Shown here piece after piece: positions 51,401-64,000 of a stretch of DNA of 64,000 nucleotides. Origin of the DNA: Reclinomonas americana ATCC 50394 (taxonomy: Eukaryota); NCBI GenBank assembly GCA_048213135.1, contig PS015022.1, positions 333,004 to 397,003 of the forward strand. Reading direction: 5' to 3'. How positions within the stretch are numbered: position 1 is the stretch's first letter; every line of letters begins with the position of its first letter. The translations under genes and the position numbers were made by a program. A model generated the notes under the pieces. It ran no database searches, was not told the DNA's origin, and saw only the letters and a program-made list of their open reading frames with translations.

Positions 51401-52067
51401 AGCGCCAGCCACATTGATGACTTTTTCGGCGGCACTGCCACACGAGTTGCGGCGGCGTTGTGAAGCAGTTATCTTGCTTCTGTAGCCTTATCTGTTCTTG
51501 TGCGTGTGCAGCCAACGGCGTCTGCGACGGCGGCCGCCAAGCCTGTTGACTTTTTCGACGACTTCCTGGGTGGCGGGAATCGCTCAGCCCCACCACCCAA
51601 GCCAGCCAATGGTGCTGGTGGCGGAGGGCGTGCTGGTTCCGGAGGAGATTTGTTTGACATGATGGGCACTGGCTTTGGTACCGCTGCTGCGGCACCTGCC
51701 AGACCGGCCGCTGGTGAGAGAAGACTGCGTGCGTGCTAGCTGCATGTGTCACTGTATGGCTCACTGCTGCGCGCGTCGCAGGCGGCGGTGGAGCTGATTT
51801 GTTTGACCTCAGCGACATTCTCCCGTCTGGCCCGAAGACGGCTGGTGGCAGTCGGTCTGGCGAGTCGGCTGTTGATCGCGAGGTGCGTGATGATCCATCT
51901 GTGATGATGTAACTGGCAACATAATCACTCACCGACGACGTGCCCACCACGCAGTGTGGCAAGAATCCAAAGGTATTTACCGCCAACCAAATGGTCTCGG
52001 CACACGAGCAGATGCAAGTGACCTTCAACAAGATTTACCGAGTTGCGTGGTACACTCGCGTGCGTGC

Positions 52068-52146
<79 letters not shown>

Positions 52147-52531
52147 GTACTACGTAGTTACGTTACGTTACGTTTCGTTAGTTAGTTCGGTCGGTACGGA
52201 ACGGAACGGGACGGACCGTACGGTACGGTTACGTTACGTTCGTTACCGTACCTACCAACCGAACGACGACGACNNNNNNNNNNNNNNNNNNNNNNNNNNN
52301 NNNNNNNNNNNNNNNNNNNNNNNNNNNNNNNNNNNNNNNNNNNNNNNNNNNNNNNNNNNNNNNNNNNNNNNNNNNNNNNNNNNNNNNNNNNNNNNNNNNN
52401 NNNNNNNNNNNACCGTAACCAACTAACGTACGTCGTCGCGACGACGACGACGAGAGTCGACGTAGTACGTACGTACTAACGAAGTTAACGTACGTTAGTC
52501 GTCGGTCGTACGTACGTCGTCGTCGTGCGTG

Positions 52532-52610
<79 letters not shown>

Positions 52611-53529
52611 ACTCAAGTATTCGATTCTGTATTTGCGTTGCAAAGGGAGCCGACACGGTGTACCTGTTGTACCTCACCAACAGCAGCATCACGGAGCTGT
52701 CGAATCTTGCCGTCTCTGTGCAGGGACCATCCAAGACCGAGGTAAAGTGGAGAAACTGCAGAGGAAGAGTGTTGTCACGATCACGTCGTTCTTAACTTGG
52801 AGGCGCATTCGCAGTGGCGCTCCGTGTGTGAACCCGATCCGATGGGCAGCCAGGGCAACTCATTCACCTTTGGCACTGTGCGAAGTCGAGGCATTGTTGC
52901 GTGGACATTTTCCTCTCGCTAGTTCATACCCGCCTCTCCTGCTCCGGCTCATCGCACACACACACGTTGCATGCAGGTCACGCTTTGCTTGGTGGCCGCC
53001 CCGCAAAGCTCGCAGTCTGTGGGCGACGCGTTCACTGTCAATGTCATGTACCTGGATTCGACGGGCCGCACGCAAAAGTTCAACTTTGGCGTCCCCGTGA
53101 TCATCAATGACTTTGTGAGGCCATCGGCCACCTCGGTGGAACGCTACGGCTCGCTGTGGCAGACTCTTACCGGTACGCACGAGAAGAACGAACAGGCGCA
53201 CCCTCCACGACCATTGGCCGGAGCCGATGCGATGGTGGCCGTGCTCAGCAGGGAGACCAATCTGGCGCACGTCAAGACCATTGGTGTGTGTGTGTGTGTG
53301 TGTGACGAGAAAACTGCTGGCACTGTTGGAACGTCAAGAGCTGACACGCACATGCACAGGCACCGAGGCGATTTGGTGCGGCTCGTACATTGGCGGCGCG
53401 GAGCAGTGGGTGCTGACGCACACGCGCTTCTCAGCCTCCGAGGGCAAGGTCAGCTTCAAGGTCCGCTCCAACGACTCGGCCATTAGCCAGAAAATGGCAA
53501 CGTTCCTGGCGCAAGTGTTCCGCGATTGA
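46338..53529 (+). CDS. AP4E1: AP-4 adaptor complex epsilon subunit; many exons, spans two gaps
   Basis: SKEFLELVR|SIGESK|SKQ|EEDRII, KEYLIRALYCEMLGH, RLPSDFEYHRVPAPWIQI, VIDCLESRDETLKRK, WTLGEFG, Gly-rich hinge and ear domain. Confidence 0.93.
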
Positions 53530-54358
53530 TGAGAAGAATGGTGGTGGTTGTGGTGGCGGCTGGTTTGGTGAATCGTGCGTTTTGAGTGTGTGTGGTACGA
53601 GTTGTCGCTGGTTACCTGATGGGGAGACGAGGCGGGAGAGGGAGAGAGGCGGTAGCGCGCCCGGGCACTATAGCGCTTCTTTTCGAACACACCAAAAAGT
53701 TCTTCCGCAGTGACCGTCAATCTTGGACACGCTTTCTTTTTGTCGCGACTCGTGTGAACGGGCAACCACCCTCTCGTCTGTGTTCCCCGTTAATAGTCAA
53801 CACACGTACTCGCCGCACCGAGCACACATCACACACACATCACACACACACGCACGTACACACCAGCGAACGTGCAGTTGTGCTGTCACCAACAGTCCAT
53901 CGACAAACGCAGTGTTGAAGTTTGGTGAGTGCGTTTACGTTACTGCACACACACGCACACACACACACACAGGCAGTCTTCCTCCCTCTCGCGTTCGTGT
54001 GTGCGCCTGAGTGTGTGTGCTGTTCGCTCACTCTGCATGCATGACACACTCAGTCTGATCCGCACACGAACGATCGATCGTCGTACTCGCGAGAGGATCT
54101 GCAGCAATACACACGTCCTCGCACAATACACACGAAGGCACGCAACACGCTTATCCTATGATGGCCGCACCACAATGTTACGTTTCTGTGTGTTGATATG
54201 TCCCGTTTGCCCTTCGGTATTTGGCTGAAATTTTTCCGGTCTGTCTCGTCCTCCTCCTCCACACAGTGACCCATCAAGGCGGGCTTCCTGCTGTCGCCAC
54301 CACCAACAGCGCCTCATGTCCGTCGTGGAGTGCAACTGTGCAGTTGCCGCGCACGGAC

Positions 54359-55698
54359 ATGGAGCTGGAGGCGGCCATGGAGGAGGCCGGCGTCATGTTT
54401 TGTCGCCGATTCACCTCCTCCAAGCCCGCTGGTGTGCCCAAGAAGACCATCAACCCAGTGCCACTTGATCTCCACTTGCACCCGTGTTGGATGGTGCCGT
54501 CGCCTGACCGCGACGAGTCGAAGAGATGCCGCAAGATGAAGGCGCCGCGCAAGGCCATTATCGACATTCTCAATGCGTACCTCGCCTGCCGCCTGGCTGT
54601 GCGACCATTTGCGCGTCTCACCATGCACTCGCCACTGTGGAAGGTGTGTGTGTGTGCGTGTGTCGCCAGAGATGCCCTTTCCTGCCCTCCTGTGTCTCAC
54701 TCTCATGATCACAGGAATTCGTCCGTCGCCACCGCATCACCTCGAGTCGCCGATACTATGACCAGCTGGACTGGATTCTGCCGGCGTCTGCCTTCCCCAA
54801 GGCACCGCCGAGCCAGTCCAAGAAGCGACAAGCGATCGAGGACGACGATGGCGACGACGACGCCGACGACGATGTGGATGCCGCGGAGTCATCCGACGAG
54901 AGTGTGGCCAGCAGCCCGGCGCACCTTATGAACAAGGTGCAAGCCGGGTTGGTCGATGCACGACGCACCATTGCCCTTCCACCTCTGCCGCAACCGCGCC
55001 CGCTTCCAGCACTCCTGCTGCTGTCGTCATCGTCATCGTCGTCGTCGCCCATGAGAGTTCCGGCTTCGGTGGCGCGTCTCCCACTACCACCGCGGGCGAT
55101 CACGGTGTCGTCGTCGACTGTCGTAGCCATGGACCTGGATCCGCTCTCTCGCTCACCATCGGCATCACCACCGGCCGTGTCGAGCTCGGCTGCCCCGCCG
55201 AAGCGTCGCCTGCAACTGGAGATGCGTCAAAAGTTCAACACGTCGTCGTCGTCGTCATCTCCGCCCTCGTCACCATCATCGCCGCCACCACCGCCACCAC
55301 CAACTCCATCAGCAATGGCGACGGCGGCGAGCATGCGAGTGTTGCTGAACTCAGCGGCGGGAATGGAATCCCGGCAACAACAACGACAGCAGCAGCAGCA
55401 GCAACAGCGACAACACCAGTTCGCGGTGCCGTCGTCGTCGACATCGAGTCCCGATCGTGAGCAGTCGAAGCGCATGGAGGAGGACGGAGACGACGAGGAG
55501 TCGCGTGTAATGACCATCCACAGTCGTTCTCCCGCGGGCATTAGTGGCCACGGACACGCTGCGGGTGCGTCGGCGTCGGCCATGCCGAGTGGCGCGCCGA
55601 GAGGCAAGTCGCCCGACAGTCCGTACATTGGCCTGCCGTCTCTTCGCTTGCTCCTCGAGGCGGCACTTTGGCGCGAGAGTGCCGACCCCTGTGCCTAA
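54359..55698 (+). CDS. Hypothetical protein with a small N-terminal domain and a long Ser/Pro/Gln-rich region; 2 exons
   Basis: ORF 54221-54931 joins ORF 54874-55698 through a GT-AG intron at about 54644-54714. Start codon uncertain. Confidence 0.65.
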
Positions 55699-55845
55699 TC
55701 GCCTTCCTACTGTGTGTGTGTTGTTGCTGTCTGTAGTATTAGTGTGCTGCTGTTTGTGTTTGTGTTGCAATCGACGCCTCTTTGATTATGCCAATTGAAG
55801 GGAACTGCGTCATCGATGTATATACTGTTATGGTAGTGGCAATCT

Positions 55846-57406
55846 CTAGTGCTCGAATGCCTGATAGCAGTCGGGATTGGTGGGCACAAACGACTGGGAG
55901 GCGCGTGGGTGCTCGCCGGCATATTCCGTCTGAATTGACGGCGCCTCACGATCGCCTCTGTAGTTTTGCATCAGCATTCGTGTGTACAACTCGCGATACT
56001 CCTCCACTGGTGATTGGTGGCAAGTGAGTGACAACCGGCAGCGACAGCAAAGTGCACACAGGCGATCGTGACGCAACGAGGATCGGGCGACGGATGCCGA
56101 AGGACAACTGTGAAATCGACAATGCATATGATCGATAGTATGAGTACGCTTGTCGCGACAGGGGAATCTCTGCACGGGTTGGCGACGCAACATTGGCGCG
56201 CCTCTGGCAGTTGGCTCCGACGCGGTGCCTCGAGGACGGCCTGCGGGAACAGCTTGTGAAAGGCAGCGTGTACTTTTTTCACCAGTCGCATGATGAGCTG
56301 GTCGTTTTCGAGAACGGCACGCTCGTCGTGGATGGCACTCTGCGTGAAACAAAAAAAGGCGCCGAGACAGAGAAGCCAGTCAACACAACCTGCATGGGCG
56401 GGGGAGGTAGAGTGCGCGGACACAATGATACGCACTCGGAGCATTTGTTCTCGGAAAAACTGACGCGCCTGCTGCTCGAGAAGCGGATTCATGGCTTTCT
56501 CTGCGAACAACTCCATGCTGTCCAGCACCTCCATCGCCAGCTCTGCATTCCAGTGATTAGACACCGCAGTGAGACGCCCCCGTGCCAGCTGGCATGTTAC
56601 TCCACCGGCATCGACAACGAACCTGCCGGCAAGCCCTGTCGCATGAGAGCGACCACGAGCGCATCGCGAGGCATTATTCTCTCGCGCCGCAGTTCATCCG
56701 AGCCGTCCTCATCCTCATCCTCTTCCTCCTCCTCCTCCTTGCCTCGCCTCTCATTGTCCATCTCGTCTGGGTCCTCCCGCTCGTTCTTGCATCGCGACGA
56801 GGCCTCCCTGCCGAGAACCACACCTCGCATCCGCACGGCTGCATCTTGCCGACCGCTCCGCTCGTTGCACTCCGCATTGTCCTCGCCTGCTCTCCTCCTC
56901 CTCATTCGCACGCTGCGGCTGTTGTCGCTCCTGCTGCAGTGGCGTGTAGTGGAAGGCCGCGGCCGCGGCGGCGAGGAATACGAGGGAGAAACCAAAAGAT
57001 CCTCAAAGTTATCGCGATCGGCGTCATCCACGTCGATGCCGGCGCGGCGATGCCCACGGCCGATCGACGATGCTCCCACAGTGGCCCCCAGCACCACATC
57101 ATACGCTCCACCGGCGCCGGCATGCACCAGTGGAGCGTTCCTCTTGGGCGACAGCAGCCCCGACGATGACGCCGACGGTGGAGTCGACGAGGACGCCGAG
57201 GAGGAGCCAATGACAAAGCCCCCATCAGCACCCACACCACTGCTCCCACGCACACGCAGCCGCCTCCGCTTGCCAATCGTCGACGATTCCACAGGCGAGA
57301 GCAGTGGCAACTGACCGTGATCCTCCAACATCGGCAGCAGCGAGTCATACGTCACCAGCAGATCCACCGTCGACGACAGCGTCGGCGTCGATCCACAGCA
57401 ACCCAT
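55846..57406 (-). CDS. Hypothetical protein with an N-terminal dual-acylation motif; multi-exon
   Basis: Starts MGCCGS. Later in-frame helical exons include NHWNAELAMEVLD and SAIHDERAVLEND. Confidence 0.65.
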
Positions 57407-57596
57407 GTCGAGGGGGTTGTCTTTTCTCCACGGGACAAAGAAATCCACAAAATATCATTGTCCGCGGCTGTGCTCGCGCGAGATATCTGCTCACCCAACA
57501 CACTTGTGATTTTCTGTGTTGCGCGCACGCGTTGTGTGTTGTGTGTGCGTGAGAGTGCAGAGAAAAGCAAACAACATACACGGTGGAAGTGTGAGG

Positions 57597-60500
57597 ATGA
57601 GGAGAGGCGTGCTGGCAGCGCTGTTGCTGCTGCTGCTGCTGTGCCTGCTTGCTCTGGCCTCGGCTTCTCCGGTTAGGCAAACGTGTTTGTTTGTGTGTAA
57701 GCAACGCAGAGACTTACACACGCTCTGTGCGTGTGTGCGTGTGTGTGTGTGTGTTTGTGCGCGCCAGCTGCTGTCGGATGATGATGCCGATGTGGACCTT
57801 GACACGAGCGTGGACGACTCGTTGGCCGACTTGGACTCAACAACAGCGACGCTTGGCGATGCGAGCGACACTCTTGCCGACAAGGATGTGCTTGATGACT
57901 CGCTGTCCATGGCGCATGCGCTCACAAAGTCAACGCAACGTGAGGCTCGACTCGTGAGCATTCCGTTGAAGGTGCGGATGCACACGCACACTTCATTCTC
58001 TGCGTGCCCGCTCGTGTTGATGTGTGCGCTGCAGCGTCGTGATTTGTCGAGCAAGCTGAATGCTGTTCCGCGAGAGTGCCGTCGCCGGTACCTGCGGTTG
58101 CGCGAGGTGACGGCGCTGGCGCGCACTGTGTGTGCCCATGAGGGTGTGCATAGGCACTCGGACATGGCGGATCCGCTGGGCTCGTCGACCACGCGCCGCT
58201 GTCTGGCGCTGAAGAACCGCGTCGGCTTGCACAAGGAGCTGTTTGCTGACTGCCGGGCCATTGCAGTGCTGGCTCATGCCAATGGTGAGCGTATGTGTGG
58301 GTTTGTTGTATTATCTCCCTGGCGAGCGCTCTAATGTTCCCTCTCTCTCGCGCGCGCGCTCAGCGGATAATGTCAACGATGTGCAAGGTGAGACGCACTC
58401 GGTTGTTGCTCTACGCATGCTCGTCTCGGCGCTGACCTCCCCTGTTTGCTTGTTGCAGTGGAAACCGAATCCGGAGTGGCGAGACGCCATAACAATGGGC
58501 AGCCCCACAAGTCGCGCAAGCAGGTGGAGGCCGAGCGACGCCGCATTCTGGAGGAGCAGGATGAACTCGACATGGCGCACAGCAAGGTGGACAGAGTCGA
58601 TCTGGAGCCACTGACGGCGGCCGCGACCGAATCCAACGCCGGCGACGACGACGTGCTGACCAGCACTCTGCGAAATGCGGAGGACGAAAACTTTGATCAC
58701 CTGGAGCCTGACGATCTCACCGACGACCCCCTCTCGGCCGCATCCTCCTCAGAGGAGGATCTTGGCAGTCTCGACGGCTACAGCTTGGCTGAGCGCGCTG
58801 GCGACGATGCCGATTTCGGTTGCGTCACGCCCCTAGTTCGCCGTTGCAAGAAAACGATGCAGATCGCGCTCACTCTTTCCTCTTCAACGACAACAGGTCT
58901 TGCGGATCCCAGGGGCGGAGCCGATTTCAAAGACGGTGCCGACTTCAAGGGTGGTGCCGATTTCAAGGGCGGTGCCGACTTTAGGGACATGCCTGGCTTG
59001 TCTTCTGGTCGGAATTCCTCTCAACCCTTTGGAGGTACGCACTATGCACTGCCATCGGGTCGTGGCGTGCAAACACACTACTCATCTCCTGTTTCACTGG
59101 TCTCCGTGCAGGCGACTACATGAACGGTGGCCCCCCACGGCCGCCCAAGCCAGTGATTCCGAAGGCGTCGCCGCCGTACGATGTCGAAGCCGGCTGCTCC
59201 GCCACCAACGAGGCCAAGTACGAGCAGAAGCGCACGGAGAAGATCCTGCAGAAGCGCGAGGAGGGCTACGAGCGGCGCACGGAGAAACTGGAGCGCATTC
59301 TCGACCAGGTGCCCTCCGGACCAGTGGAGCTGCCGAGGATCCCACCGCCGGACTATCCGTCGTGCCCGTCACCGAGCAAGATCGCCAAGGAAGCCGTGGC
59401 CAGAGCCAAGGCTCAGTTTATGCTTAGGGCAAAACTCGGCCTGGCCGGCTCCAAGAGCAAGGGCTTCGTTAAGGACGGCTCGCCCCGTCCATGCAACTCG
59501 TTCTGGGACGACAAGAAGAGCGGCGGCAAGGGCGATTCGCTTCTTCGCGCCTTGCGCACCGTGGTGCGTCGTTTGCGCCGCGTTGTGGGCGGCGTGGTGC
59601 AGTCGGCCGACAAGAAGTGCGAGTTCAAGACCAAGGAGTTCCGCCGCAAGCTGTTCAAGCTGGTGATGAAGCGAGTGTCGCTGGTGGCCGACGAGCACGA
59701 CTTGAGCGACGATGTGGTGACGCGTTTGGTGAAGCGCATTGTCAAGCACCTCGAGCTCATCATCAAGCGCAAGATCGCCAACGGCGACATTGAGCTGACG
59801 TGCAAGAGCCAGCCCAAGTCCAAGAGGGCGAGGAAGGCCACGAGGAAGGCTCGTCGCAAGCTGGCCAAGCTGCAGCGCAAGCTGGAGAAGTTGCAGGCCA
59901 AGTGCGAGGAGATTGAGGACGTGGACGAGAGGGACGAGTGCGAGGAGAAGCTGGCGCGTCTGAAGAAGAAGATTGCCAAGGTCCAGGCCAAGATCAAGGC
60001 CAAGGCCAAGGGCAGGGGCACTGGCAAGGGCAAGGACGGGGACGATGACGGCGAGAAGAGGAACAACACGTACTTGCCGGCCGACTCGCCGTGCCATCGC
60101 ATCATTGCCGAGCTGCAGCGCCTGCGTCGCGAAGCCGATACTGCCTGCCAGCACCAGTTGCGCTCGCTGCTCGACGAGGCCAAGTGTCACGAGGCCAAGG
60201 CCAGCATCGGGTTGGGACAAGTTGCGTGCTGTTGCTCTGGCGCACACTTTTGCAAAAAGAATACTGAAGTTGTGTGTTTTGTGCGTGCAGGCCAAGTTGG
60301 CGAAATGCCTTGGCATTCCGGCCAGTGCACTCGGTATGTTTTCTGTGGTTGCAATGTCTTGCTTGCGTGCGTTGCACCTGTCGCTCACCGTGTTGTCCGT
60401 GTGTGTCACAGCTCCGCTGTCTCCTGGCGGTGGCAGGCGATCTGCTGCTGCCGCCGCCGCTGCCGCCGCCGCTGCTGCTGCTCGTGGTGATGCTCGTGGC

Positions 60501-62303
60501 GGCGCACGTGGCGGCGCACGTTTGCCCGACGGGGGTACGGCAAGTGTGCCTGGTCTGCCGGATGCTGCGGGTTGGCCAAACATTCCTGGCTGGCCCAGCA
60601 TCCCGGGTTGGCCCGCTGCCTCCGGTGCTCCTGGTGCGCCCGGTGCTCCTAGTGTTCCTGGTGTTCCTGGCGCGCCTGGTGTGCCTGGCATGCCTGGACG
60701 ACCACTGGCCGCCGACAAGATGCGTGCCATGGGCGCCGTGCAAGCTGCCAAGGTGCAACGTGCCGTCGCCAAGGCCACCAAGTACCAGCGCAAGGCCGCC
60801 AGCTACCAGGCCAAGGCCGCCAAGTATCACGCCAAAGCAGATCGATTGGAGGCAGAAGCTGCGCGGCTGCGTGCTGCCGGCGACGAGAAGGGCGCTCGCC
60901 GACTGGAGCGCAAGGCTCGCCGGTTGCGCAAGAAGGCCAAGCGAGCGGAGCGCAAGGCTGCCAAGTACAGTCGCAAGGCTGACCGTCAGATGGCCAAGGC
61001 CAACCGCTATGCGACTCTCGAGCGCAACGCACAGGCTGCCAGCAACCGCCTGCGCAATCGTTTCGTGTCCCATTTTACGACCCTTTGCACCCACTCTTGC
61101 CTCACATTCATCATTTCAGCCGACTGGCGCGCCACTCTTCCCCCGCCGCCTCCGCCTGGCACCATGCGTCGCCGACTGCCACCGCCACCGCCACCGCGAC
61201 CGGGCACAGATCCGTACGATCAGCCGCCGCCGTACCGTCCACGCGGTTGCCGTCCGCGCGCTAGATGCCCGACACGTGCCGGCTACGCTGCCGCCGGTGC
61301 GCTTTCTGTTTGTCACCATCTCTCTCTCCAATAACCTCTGCTGACCTTTGTGCTTGTACAGCTCGTGCGGCACGTGCCTGGCGCCGTGCTCGTCACCACG
61401 CTCACAAGGCTCAGCAGTTCCGCGACAAGGCGCAGTCGATGCGCCAGTGGGGCCGACTCAAGGAAGCCCGCCGGTTCGAGCGACTGGCAGCCTGTGGCGA
61501 CCGCGCATCCGACATTGCGCGTCAAACGGCCGTGCGGGAGACCGACATGGCGCGCTACCTCGGTTGCCGCATCCCCGGTGAGTTCTATCGCCACAGTTTT
61601 CCTTCAGTGTATTTGTGATTGCTGACACCTTTGGGGGAAAAAGGACGCGGCCCGTACCGCCCGCGTCGAGTGCCGCCGCCGCCACCGCCACCGCCACCGC
61701 GTCAGGTGGCCCGATATGAGCCGCCGCCACCACCACCACCACCACCATTCGCCGACGCCGACTACTACCGCGGCAATGGTGGTCAGTACCGCCGTCGCTG
61801 GCGCCGTTACTCTGGCCGACAAGGGCGCAAGTGCCGACGTGGATTCGGCCGCCGACCTCGTCATGGTGTGTTTGTGTGTTTGTTGCTTGACCTCCTCCCC
61901 TTTCTTTCGACAGCGGTCACTGACACGCGCGCGCGCACATGCAGACAAGGGACCGTATTCTTTTGAGAGTTACCAGCCCACGCACTACTATCACGAGCAG
62001 CCAGCTGGTACGTCGAGCCAGTTCATTGCGTTTCCCTCACCGCTGCGCTTCCTCACCGCGAACGACACAGGTGGCTACAACAACGGCGTCGGCCGTGCCA
62101 ATTACTGTTGCGTGCACTTGCGTCGACACACCATCACATTCTCTGTTTGCTCACTGTTTCCCTCTATCTCGTTTGCCACAGATGGTTTGCCGCCGATGCT
62201 TCACCCTTCAACGTATGCTTGTGTGCCGCGTGTCTCACTCCCTTTTCTTCTTCACACAGACGCGGCCCCACCTGTACCGTACCAGCAACCCGGACGCTGG
62301 TAG
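57597..62303 (+). CDS. Large secreted modular low-complexity protein (acidic, GGADFK, Lys-rich coiled-coil, GxP and poly-Pro segments); multi-exon
   Basis: Signal peptide MRRGVLAALLLLLLLCLLALASA; long codon-biased exons at about 59110-60200 and 60410-61060. Could be two genes; 3' end tentative. Confidence 0.65.
58914..58988 (+). repeat. Four 18-bp coding repeats, (G/D)GADF(K/R)
   Basis: GGADFKDGADFKGGADFKGGADFR, with mostly synonymous variation between units. Confidence 0.9.
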
Positions 62304-62515
62304 TTCGCTCTGTCGGCCGCCACCTCTCTCTGTTGCTTCCTTTCTCTCCATGCATCTATGATATAAAAAAGAAAGAGGCGGTGGCTAGATAGTGCATTGA
62401 ATGAATGTGCTTATGTGTGATTTCACATTCATATTCGCAACATTTGTTGCGGCGTTGTCTCTATATTTCTCTCTCCGTCAGGCAATATATGATACTACTG
62501 CTGCATCCCCACTGC

Positions 62516-62961
62516 TCACAGTGGTATGCACAGTCGCACCAGCTCGGCTGGCGAACCGGCAGACAAGAGCACCAGGCGACGACGATCGACCTCCGAGGAT
62601 GCATCTGTTGTTGTGCGTATGAAAAGGCAAGCGAGTGAGCATAGGCACAACAAAACAGAGGAAGAGCCGAGTGGACGAGACGCAACGAGAGGGGTCAATC
62701 AGACCCTGCTCGGCAAACTTGTCCACCAGACTCAAGCTTTCACTCTGCGTGAATGAGCCGACGCGCACAATCTGCGCTCCAGGGAACGACTGGGTGGGCG
62801 GAGAAGAACGTGAGTGAATGTCCTTTGTTATCGGTGCACGGCAAGGCCATTTGCGCAACTTGCTTCAGCGACGGCAGCGTCTTTGGCAAGTCCCTCGCGG
62901 TGTACGACGTGGCGGCGAGCACGCTGCCGCGACGCTGTGCGATGGAACGTGAATGAGAAGA

Positions 62962-63013
<52 letters not shown>

Positions 63014-63128
63014 GCTCACCAGTGGGTGGTGGTGGAGGGAGGGAGTCGCGACGACCACTCACGACGACGCGGCGACGCGTGACGTGGCGACGGCCGACCG
63101 GGCGCACCNNNNNNNNNNNNNNNNNNNN

Positions 63129-63173
<45 letters not shown>

Positions 63174-63858
63174 GCTCACCATGGGTGTGGTGAGGAGGGA
63201 TCGCAGACCCATCACGAGCGGCAGCTGACTGGCAGGCACCGGGCGCACAGGCGGCGGGAAGCTGGTCGCGCCCGACATGATTTCCGGCATCAGGTAATTC
63301 ACACTGTCCATGACAACGCCGACCGGCTGCTGTTTCACCAGCGGCAGCAAGCGGCACAGAGCCAGAACAGCAGCCAGTGCATTGTCGCGATGCACAGCAC
63401 CGAGCTCGGCCACGTCCGTCAGAGTCGCAAGCAGGCGCTTCTTGTCGCTATCACGACGGCGCTTCACAATCGCCGCCGACTCCACGTCGGTCTGTGCCGA
63501 GGGTGTCAGATACAAGCGCACAAAGAGCATGCTGTCGACCGCACAACAACGCACCAGCGCAGCAGGCAGTGGAATGGGATTCGCACGCTGCAGCTCCGGC
63601 ACCCAGTGTCGCAACAAACGCAGTGCATCATCGTGCTGCAGGTACCGATCGCCCTCACGCGTCCACGAGTCAGGCGCCTTGACGAGCTCACGCACTAGCA
63701 CACACTCGCGTGAGACCACACAGCGCAGACAGAGAGAACGAAGGTAAGGCCACACCATTCGGCACCGACAACAACAACCACTTTTCATGCTCAGCCTGCG
63801 CCGCCGCAAACGCCAGTGCCACCGACTTGCCACTTCCCTGCGGTCCATCTGCAAGAAT

Positions 63859-63895
<37 letters not shown>

Positions 63896-64000
63896 ACGCA
63901 CTCAGCACACACACATGCACAGAGACAGAGAGAGCTGCATACACACACACACACACACACTCACCAAACACGAGTGGCAAGCCTCCCGAGGTCGTGCGTG
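62516..64000 (-). CDS. DAP3: Mitochondrial ribosomal protein mS29 (DAP3); 5' end outside the window
   Basis: DGPQGSGKSVAL..WLLLSVP P-loop, Y.Q..A..LL, PVGVVMDSVNYL, terminal LSAGSPAEL. Confidence 0.78.

Noticed and set aside
62960-63181. Duplicated (GA)n-gcgcatgctcacca on both sides of a gap
   Set aside because: Most simply the same locus assembled twice across the gap.

Overview
This is eukaryotic, not prokaryotic, DNA: a gene-dense, intron-rich, GC-rich scaffold from a flagellated protist (it encodes DRC8/EFCAB2, AP-4 epsilon, NAF1 and DAP3). I cannot name the organism. Microsatellites are abundant, and several of the N-gaps have GTAC-type, pyrosequencing-like noise at their edges. About 20 protein genes were reconstructed by hand across GT-AG introns, so multi-exon coordinates are outer gene bounds and some internal exons are uncertain. 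Most notable: (1) a roughly 2.1 kb restriction-like-endonuclease non-LTR retroelement bounded by a perfect 22-bp inverted repeat; (2) a recurrent shifted 5' splice-site class GTTG(A/C)GT, with a divergent SmD1/LSm10-like gene in the same window; (3) an 11.5 kb Pmp-like beta-helix, multi-pass membrane protein gene whose introns recur at the same repeat position; (4) a vitellogenin/MTP-like secreted protein with an antimicrobial-peptide-like cationic helix, head-to-head with an intronless bacterial-like secreted protein gene; (5) a duplicated cysteine-rich orphan gene and several decayed gene remnants. No rRNA, tRNA or CRISPR array was seen. All family assignments are from motif recognition; no searches were run.
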